From the IMG/VR virus record IMGVR_UViG_3300031234_000003: DNA of 20,000 nucleotides; one strand, given 5' to 3'. Shown one piece after another: positions 10,201 to 13,134 of the stretch (positions within the stretch are counted from its first letter, which is position 1; every line of letters starts with the position of its first letter). The translations under genes and the position numbers were made by a program. The notes under the pieces were generated by a model. The model searched no databases. It was not told the origin of the DNA and was given only the letters and a program-made list of their open reading frames with translations. The DNA comes from an uncultured virus (IMG/VR IMGVR_UViG_3300031234_000003). Its lineage: Duplodnaviria > Heunggongvirae > Uroviricota > Caudoviricetes.

Positions 10201-12556
10201 AATCATCTTTGCGGGTGCCCATCGCTTCTGCGACCTTGTTGTGGAGAGCCTCAAGTTCGGGAGCGTGACACTGAACCACGATGGGGGCTTGGGCGTCAGA
10301 GCTTTCGCTCACGGAGAATACGTGCGTCTTCCCTAGCGTGACCGTAAACGGTTGCTGCTCGCCTACAACTTGACTCAACAGAGCGGGGTCGGGCTTTACC
10401 CCGTACTTAACTGTGATGTGTGGATCGTCCTCACGACCATCCTTGCCGAGTTCCTCATCTGGAATCTGCTTGGCGGCTTCCATCATCCCGGAGGCGGCAT
10501 CAGGCGGCAGGTTGATTTGAGACGTGGCGTTTTTGTGGGGACCTGACTTGGCTTTCTTTGCTGCCTCAATGTCGGCTTCATCCTGAGCGGCGGAACAACC
10601 GAACTTCGCCATCGGAGCATTCGCCCAAAGGTCCTGAATTTTCTGCTCCTGCTCTGGGGTGCGGGGCAGATTCCATCCGCCGTATTGTTTGATACGCCCA
10701 CGCCCACGAGTAAACACGTGGTCGTTCGTTTTGACCAGCTTGAATTCTCCCGAAGTCCAATCGAGTCCATCGAGGTACGCCATAGCCTGACGGCTGAGCC
10801 CCAGCGCCCATTGCCAGCCCAAACGTTGCTTGTGCCGACCGTAGACGTAGTTATTGAGCAGGAGCCAGTATTCTTTCGTTGGCTCATCGCTGATGACACT
10901 CTGATCGGAGAACTCGGTCACGAAGTCCGCTCCGTACTTCGCATTGAAGCGAGCGGCGACGGCCTGCCATTCTTTGCCGTGTCCCTCGGGTGCGAGTAGC
11001 TTTTTGTATTTGTTGTAGGCGTCGAACCCGACTTCCATGAGTTTCGGCTTCCCAATAAGCAGAGCCACTTCATGATGACACAGTTCGTGAGCGATAGTAC
11101 GGCGAAGCGATTCCTCGTGCCCCAGTATGGACTTCTGAATGCCGATTGTGGTGTTGTCCGCACCCCAAGTGTTACCCGCCTCATCCCTACCCCGTTCCCA
11201 CACATCGTACCCCAGCATACGGTTGGTCTGGTTTACGATCTTGACTTCGGGATGCGGGAGCCCGGAAGCGAGCACGCCCATCATTTCGTTAATGATGTTC
11301 TTGACCTGACCGATATCGGCGGCGGTTTTCTGTGCCGCAACCTTGGGATTCATGATGCCCATTATCATCAGTTCCCCGCCGTAGACCGAGGCAACCTGCT
11401 CAAAGTCGTTGCGTTCGTACCACTCCACCAAATTGAAGCCTTGGGCTTGTTCCTCAGCGGTGTCGGCAACCAACAGACAGATGCCCGCACCGCGATCCCC
11501 GGCTTCTCGCAAGAACTCGGCAAGCAGATAGTCCCCGTAGCCCTTGCCACGGGAATCCTCGTATACGTTGATGTTGTTTAGAACGGCGAAGGTGTCATAC
11601 TTCTTCCGCAGGTCGGCAACAAACTCTTTGTTCGTGTAGCCGAAACGGTCGAGCCAATTCTGGAGTTGTTCCGCATTGGTGTCCGCTGTGTACCCTTCTG
11701 CGGAACCCTGATCTTCCGAGATGTTGATTTCCCGTACCGAAGAGGATGCCAGTTTGCTGAACGTCTCGATTTGGCTCTGCGGCACCATGATTTGAACCTT
11801 TGGGTAACCCTGATCGCGGAGCACGGAGAAGCGGTGCCGACCGTTGGTGAAATGCGCCTCACCACCCGCATTGTCGCTCCACGACACAATAGGAGCCTCA
11901 ACTGGGGTGTTGGGGTTGTCCTGCCGCCACTGGGTAAAGCGAGCGTAGCGGTCGCCGATGTGATTGGTTTTATCCCCCGGAGCGAGGTACAGGTGTTTGT
12001 CCTTCGACCACTCGCGATCTAACTTTTGCGTATCAACCCAAACTAGCTCGTAGTCTTCGAGCTTCCTATCCGATGGTTGGGTGAACTTAAGCGGCGGCAA
12101 CTCGGTTGCGGTCTTGCTCGCCATAACCTGCCGACCTTCGATAGCATCGGCTGGTGTGACGGGCATATCCTCATCGTACATGACCGCTCCCCAAATCTTC
12201 AGCGAATCCATCCACGTCTTCTTGCTCGCCTTCCACGCACGATTCGTGGCGTTCATTTTCTTCTGATCGTAATCCCCGTTCTCGTCTTCCATGAAATACG
12301 GGTCTTGAATCATGTTCTCGTCAGGGAGTAGAAAGGCTTCGTTGAACCTGCTAACGGGCAGCCGTAACATGGCCCCGCCCTCATACATGTCCGCCGTCTC
12401 CCTCACGCCCCAATAGCTGTGCCCCTCCACCTTCCCTTCGGTCAGGATGGACTTGAGGTCTCGTAACGTGGTGCCGTGATAGAGAAAGCCGTCTGTCTCA
12501 AAGAATGAGGTCGTGGTCGCGGGCTGTTTGGCTATCTTCCGAAGCAATGGGTTCAT
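905..12556 (-). CDS. Giant multidomain effector (polyvalent-type) protein, 3883 aa, about 26 linker-delimited segments including 14 ART-like modules
   Basis: Uninterrupted 11.65-kb ORF with AGGA 7 nt upstream of the ATG. Repeated YHGT and YR[GA]..W[ST]..ExE motifs, plus HELCH, HxT/HxT, G[RHN]HR, GNAT and Nudix motifs. Confidence 0.95.
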   Translation of the reverse strand: MNPLLRKIAKQPATTTSFFETDGFLYHGTTLRDLKSILTEGKVEGHSYWGVRETADMYEGGAMLRLPVSRFNEAFLLPDENMIQDPYFMEDENGDYDQKKMNATNRAWKASKKTWMDSLKIWGAVMYDEDMPVTPADAIEGRQVMASKTATELPPLKFTQPSDRKLEDYELVWVDTQKLDREWSKDKHLYLAPGDKTNHIGDRYARFTQWRQDNPNTPVEAPIVSWSDNAGGEAHFTNGRHRFSVLRDQGYPKVQIMVPQSQIETFSKLASSSVREINISEDQGSAEGYTADTNAEQLQNWLDRFGYTNKEFVADLRKKYDTFAVLNNINVYEDSRGKGYGDYLLAEFLREAGDRGAGICLLVADTAEEQAQGFNLVEWYERNDFEQVASVYGGELMIMGIMNPKVAAQKTAADIGQVKNIINEMMGVLASGLPHPEVKIVNQTNRMLGYDVWERGRDEAGNTWGADNTTIGIQKSILGHEESLRRTIAHELCHHEVALLIGKPKLMEVGFDAYNKYKKLLAPEGHGKEWQAVAARFNAKYGADFVTEFSDQSVISDEPTKEYWLLLNNYVYGRHKQRLGWQWALGLSRQAMAYLDGLDWTSGEFKLVKTNDHVFTRGRGRIKQYGGWNLPRTPEQEQKIQDLWANAPMAKFGCSAAQDEADIEAAKKAKSGPHKNATSQINLPPDAASGMMEAAKQIPDEELGKDGREDDPHITVKYGVKPDPALLSQVVGEQQPFTVTLGKTHVFSVSESSDAQAPIVVQCHAPELEALHNKVAEAMGTRKDDFPYVPHVTLAYVKPDAAAKYEGMDWAEGISFQVDSITLSTKGGGQVRVPFGKPRKSASHKTPPMSDTQYRNPEMGEETNAYADIPERVMGVEDLPSLESLSPDLFKTGAGSVYDLDLQDVVAWGGSLSEAQGDWDKIRSEAAGRAKAEGKDWEKMPEAEQEVWLDKIGWEWLGATWEITMNRLQSLKFPLTVYRGLGSVSLKEINKGQYAEKGTGIYWSYDENNAYVHEELAAGHPHIVILRGVVSSPKQIDWIRTAYVNLVAADEREINIHPGEEIQITGYKYKGEKAWKNPPKNLRTVRAAAQNFKPMPFDNWCDANPMYQPDDFNEAEYRYDENVAHFSTVDFPITIYRAVQVEQGTQPNLEKAGVYWTWVENSADAYFGSGSMWDQGGPHPKHPQTLILKAKVLRSTDVDWDATLLANMLNEDENEITIESGAELQLIGIDYGQGYKKPAQKRVMAYGDESKNLPLRGQKGIGGQDFPLMFDPPLFSDEKEAARKMPKFYHGTAAENLDDILKNGLKASKDAASAKMGMFNPNRANVQYKSEQGVGEWQGWNIDFSADPVKEHMLPASFVRKLKGIEQKFINVADVVETQGEQWTTDRRVDEIHTQMEAEKWFEAILVDEYEDQPGKYYLEEGHHRTRAAKKMGKTTIPAVIMKLEPRKPHWSLSSGIVRKSSDIAKFAFFIEVPKETRGHFWDEPPAHNLEFWAFRSRPPVLMNEKVYFTFDKMPVAETTVLKVEKPGESLCELSGKYEDHWKLYWEPKQFVKYAGTTAPTLYHGTCPENAEAIMKNGWGPNQVSSGGNAGQPQYLYLTNFPENAQWFANEKGCDTILEVRNIPMSYLEVDPEDGTEDTIERELNFSEKAFPGTVVLTKPLPADHFKVFKSKIGSLNEKRNEKWIYHPDYGAFSQKGSIGPHATLIARTMGEGMSSGRKYEEVLRGYAVIDVDQKTVTLATPTNELIPNDVVDLFKKTYPHYALSIPAESKAIGVTAAMPKKWYHGTSTKNAEIIMGDGYLRPDQETTYDIDIPRDGAVYIAEFDVANQYAIERGGPVLEVAAPDISKLLPDEDDVYELLNDRGGELNAKGSAQAKRVKALWLKQWNDENASYNEPEKFPVYKNFEEAWKAWGEIEFEGSAELAEQMKYLTDYIVKNDPKLARAIIELSGKAAHMGPLKVVRQVKTAAPKSIWYHGTSIKNLRSIMSQGLVPEGTEKVWADDPDAGISAPSRQSYGGIYVSQNLMTAAGAPDTEDRKARGGSLVVIMELQPNTMYLDEDNVTGVLGAPIKHMSDNTFHVLCYYLAATQEGATQDWQDEIRVMREDYVRKCFTQWEAKFAERKMPFHPELKAELEKLLPSVWLGAVTRAAGHVKDNYSYIRAWDQVFYGTPKEKQRPDMNTILPDASEGEAAFREAAEKVTRTLRLLARPNTEGSQTYNINTSRINEPIGFSGSNHILALVEVRDLEVRATPSPVRMLLHWGTIPQDFFSQWNTKYGSKYEVVDARKGQPKAKGVAASAHEDDPQVFYHGTSWQAAQLIDKEGLKASDNRLTGGKKYIWCAIAEFAAKEYGASVTDSDQYAVIEFIWDYGKSEPDPEHFEEGDMYRRIEGDISRQNITAIKYFDGGRIVKTAGFEEEIKITTAPDGRITAKHVDGSASGTMEDREGLVKWFDWSTLPKGGAGIYDKAFVLGTVSVKVATRRNGLGRALVGAVLDAAKAQGAQVCFLLAHSLTGLSGKELSSFYNSLGFQPYVIDPPPRWFDSSTAGIFMKKLAGVAKLAAMNRISQQDAVDRKMFGPVYHGTTEEKQENIGNEGFKVYIGDAGSGDVAHGYEGNQPYHDGIPAPVHHLGYGVYFTTAKAIAKQFAGGTTRGMKTYYLDVPRLETINFGVPKTMMKWWISQGYNADLAKKNRVEATKPMTEHLKAQFDAVWFKGKGMYKLLDGDQICVFDASHIYEVDAAMSKPGDIGSKVTRKADGMKGVIKNIRSIPPDVAQQYHGGADKFYEIKWAKGGTDHNVYARDIDFVGAKAQGATASMKIAEGFNNEGFWAGEGNAASGVLPICTTTGRICLAWRSPDVHIGNCWGTIGGAVKPKMSLADSAKAELTEETGFTGGITMHPAYVFSKGGFSYHNFLGTVGTEFRFAPQSEHHWETTGLEWFTWVDIQEMVKDNASDFHPGLISLFKSDGKKIEQLLGKPKTASDDDGDMPNMLQVFPERPDVMETFRHMRLFERDRLIEEAQLEELHPADLKTNQATLKRKDLQYFLDNPEEITKPHSNVGLSDTEQLYPLVCRTTEGDWLYDGNHRANAAMKLGILLKCKVVDLRDYEEPRGKVSRKLAARGEVGPVYHGTDKKFDKFEQKPGTRYILFSEIKVQAGGFFFTDDPEEAKEFGSNVMTCYLKMKKPLIRQEDQYNLSKKQIADLTYICELCMSDGYSDLQGNSVKTIELGAFAIDVDPEGNWLNEIVKQNGLDWNILDNQEAVNRMKERGYDSTMVDEYNGKYSYCVFSADQIRIGGGKAKALTAATPARALKLYHVTTVPIAKDIKAHGFKPVDQGMWKNYYAPQGRDGIYFYDDLKYSEAYAAYAEGQLFTRNMQPENSWEENKKQIPQMAIIEVQVPEGVAITTDQKEDGFFVPTADLGKVKITGMHKYDYVPTEGRKPGEKFGAAFPTFEQVMDESTLADDEFMFGSDEESKRWYDQALAFWKSQKFPLTVYRGMAVFNERHDIDYSTFGWSWSLDRKFAENFAEDKYIDYPDQHRIEVFEGKIKANAVDWLNTFRAWVTLPEEKEVRLKPKAQVELPALGRSVTAADLPRSKYDKVCYTIAMDDALYGYFGQYVQCADAFEDNPAASGRVVELVKSLTPFVPPTTRKCLYRGEEIRMGDDREPAKWEPHLRDLLSWSAAYDTAKGFSGGHRGIVWQTVGKIQGIALEDIVLWRNRTHPDESNYPGMQSEWFVMNTCNAKEATPPNAQPARSYVTAAADGFLYHGMSMTDYNRAMSAGGVLPEPSWWGTAEIAEYYAETAAEEIGPEEEYKVIKLPLSAFNPALLEADQNSVAEPLTYTLGRSEDELYEEWQNCKGTWQDSLRIYGSVVYNAPIEVTAQTVLSS
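1286..1798 (-). other. Segment 25 (aa 3587-3757): R-S-E type ART-like module with a QxE motif
   Basis: LYRGE...LSWSAAYDTAKGF...QSEWFV (QSE at 1370-1378); ends in YVTAAA. Confidence 0.7.
1799..2224 (-). other. Segment 24 (aa 3445-3586): R-S-E type ART-like module, paralog of segments 7 and 8
   Basis: FPLTVYRG...GWSWSLDRKFAENFA...VDW...EEKEVRL; ends in SVTAA. Confidence 0.75.
2225..2653 (-). other. Segment 23 (aa 3302-3444): H-type ART-like module
   Basis: LYHVTTVPIAKDIKAHGFKP...GIYFYDD...AYA...IIEVQVP; ends in EKFGAA. Confidence 0.7.
2654..3208 (-). other. Segment 22 (aa 3117-3301): ART-PolyVal-like module
   Basis: VYHGTDKKFDKF...GFFFTDDPEEAKEFG..VMTCYLKMKKP...GYDS...YCVFSADQI, the pattern typical of ARTs in polyvalent proteins; ends in ALTAA. 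Confidence 0.8.
3209..3625 (-). other. Segment 21 (aa 2978-3116): ParB/Srx-like module
   Basis: LKTNQATL...PLVCR...WLYDGNHRANAAMKLG; ends in RKLAA. Confidence 0.8.
3626..4105 (-). other. Segment 20 (aa 2818-2977): Nudix-fold module with a degenerate Nudix box
   Basis: ASGVL...TGRICLAWRS...WGTIGG AVKPK M SLADSAK AELTEETGF ... ETTGLEWF ... FHPGL; ends in PKTA. Confidence 0.85.
4106..4879 (-). other. Segment 19 (aa 2560-2817): ART-PolyVal-like module plus a C-terminal SH3/KOW-like barrel
   Basis: VYHGT...GYGVYFT...AKQFA...FDAVWF...QICVFDASHI, then IGSKVTRKADGMKGVI...YEIKW (about 4148-4330); ends in MKIA. Confidence 0.7.
4880..5323 (-). other. Segment 18 (aa 2412-2559): GNAT acetyltransferase module
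   Basis: VSVKVATRRNGLGRALV...LSSFYNSLGF; ends in KKLAGVAKLAA. Confidence 0.8.
5324..5662 (-). other. Segment 17 (aa 2299-2411): H-type ART-like module
   Basis: FYHGTSWQAAQLIDKEGLK...YIW...AKEYG...VIEF...GDISRQNI; ends in VKTA. Confidence 0.75.
5663..6652 (-). other. Segment 16 (aa 1969-2298): H-type ART-like module with a long extension
   Basis: WYHGTSIKNLRSIMSQGLVP...GGIYVS...YLDED, followed by about 240 aa with no motif I recognise; ends in GVAASA. Confidence 0.7.
6653..7222 (-). other. Segment 15 (aa 1779-1968): H-type ART-like module with a helical insertion
   Basis: WYHGTSTKNAEIIMGDG...AVYIA...ANQYA...VLEV...LLPDED; ends in VKTAA. Confidence 0.7.
7535..7891 (-). other. Segment 13 (aa 1556-1674): H-type ART-like module
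   Basis: LYHGTCPENAEAIMKNGW...YLYLT...AQWFA...ILEV; ends in SKIG. Confidence 0.75.
7892..8152 (-). other. Segment 12 (aa 1469-1555): small beta-rich module, possibly ASCH/PUA/EVE-like
   Basis: EFWAFRSRPPVLMNEKVYFTFDKMPVAETTVLKV resembles the ASCH/PUA strand pattern; weak, by eye. Confidence 0.35.
8153..8605 (-). other. Segment 11 (aa 1318-1468): ParB/Srx-like module
   Basis: EAILVD...YYLEEGHHRTRAAKKMGKTTIPAVI; ends in AKFA. Confidence 0.8.
8606..8710 (-). other. Segment 10 (aa 1283-1317): truncated H-type ART remnant, 35 aa
   Basis: KFYHGTAAENLDDILKNGLKAS, then directly the AKMG linker; the rest of the fold is missing. Confidence 0.65.
8822..9289 (-). other. Segment 8 (aa 1090-1245): R-S-E type ART-like module, paralog of segment 7
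   Basis: FPITIYRA...GVYWT...VDW...DENEI; ends in RVMA. Confidence 0.7.
9290..9877 (-). other. Segment 7 (aa 894-1089): R-S-E type ART-like module
   Basis: FPLTVYRG...GIYWS...DEREI; ends in VRAAA. Confidence 0.7.
10031..10597 (-). other. Segment 5 (aa 654-842): 2H phosphoesterase module
   Basis: Two HxT motifs, PHITVKYG (10409-10420) and PHVTLAY (10175-10186), 78 aa apart; ends in RKSA. Confidence 0.85.
10598..11317 (-). other. Segment 4 (aa 414-653): SprT-like zincin metallopeptidase module
   Basis: TIAHELCH (HExxH at 11075-11089) followed by GHGKEW, as in SprT family proteins; ends in AKFG. Confidence 0.8.
11318..11746 (-). other. Segment 3 (aa 271-413): GNAT acetyltransferase module
   Basis: INVYEDSRGKGYGDYLL (acetyl-CoA motif A, RGxGxG) and LVEWYERNDF; ends in QKTAA. 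Confidence 0.8.
11747..12106 (-). other. Segment 2 (aa 151-270): ParB/Sulfiredoxin-like module
   Basis: APIV...FTNGRHRFSVLRDQG matches the ParB/Srx (D/N)GxHR motif; ends in SKLA. Confidence 0.7.
12107..12556 (-). other. Giant protein segment 1 (aa 1-150): H-type ART-like module, paralogous to the last module
   Basis: DGFLYHGT...SILTEG...SYWG; ends in SKTA. Confidence 0.65.
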
Positions 12557-12564
12557 TCTAGCGT

Positions 12565-12585
12565 CCTACCATAGAAAGTGGAAGT
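12565..12585 (-). promoter_or_regulatory. Copy 2 of the RCTT-N6-TCT-N4-TRRG motif, overlapping the RBS of the giant ORF
   Basis: Minus strand reads ACTT CCACTT TCT ATGG TAGG, filling most of the 29-nt gap between the JAB gene and the giant ORF. Confidence 0.45.
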
Positions 12586-13128
12586 TCAACGGCGGGACTT
12601 CTTCTTTTTCGCCAGTTTATAGCCCCTTTTGAGGGCTCGTTTGACCGACCTTGAGGGCGGTGTATCGCGGCGAATTGCGATGAGCGGGGTCACAGTAGGC
12701 CAGTATTCAACGCGGACGACCTTGCGGTTCAGGGGCTTTTGAGTCTTGGTTTCCTCATCAAGATAGGTAGTTTGGATGGCACAGATACCCATCATCACGT
12801 CTTGAGAATCCTGCGACTGCTCACAGTCAACTTCGCTGAACTGGGCGTCGTTGGCGTTCGGGTGGGTGTGAATGGTGCCGAGGTAAGTCAACCCGATCTC
12901 GGCTGCGTCCTCTTCATGTTCATCGATCTCGTAATCCTCGTACCGAAGGGTGCGTTTTCCGGGCTTGTGATCGACCTTCACAAAGGCATGAATGTAGAGG
13001 ATATCGCTGCGTACTTTGCCCCACAGGGCTTCCATGTATTCCAATGGGTAATGATTCAGGGCTCGGCGACGGAACTTCGCCTCCTCCTTCTTATCGACCA
13101 CAATGCGGGTGAAGGGTGCGACTGCCAT
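12586..13128 (-). CDS. JAB/MPN (JAMM) domain metalloprotease
   Basis: N-terminal glutamate in YPLEYMEALWG and LGTIHTHPNANDAQFSEVD (HxH-x8-S-x2-D, about 12826-12870). Basic C-terminal tail. Starts 6 nt after the stop of the upstream gene. Confidence 0.85.
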   Translation of the reverse strand: MAVAPFTRIVVDKKEEAKFRRRALNHYPLEYMEALWGKVRSDILYIHAFVKVDHKPGKRTLRYEDYEIDEHEEDAAEIGLTYLGTIHTHPNANDAQFSEVDCEQSQDSQDVMMGICAIQTTYLDEETKTQKPLNRKVVRVEYWPTVTPLIAIRRDTPPSRSVKRALKRGYKLAKKKKSRR

Positions 13129-13134
13129 GATGAC

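Noticed and set aside
3209..12106. ParB motifs as a plasmid or chromosome partition system
   Set aside because: No ParA gene, no HTH after the motifs and no parS-like repeats in the window.
905..12556. Giant ORF as a tape measure, tail fibre, RHS/CDI toxin or intein-containing protein
   Set aside because: No helical or beta repeats, YD repeats, secretion signal or intein (C...HN) motifs were seen. The content is a series of small enzyme domains.
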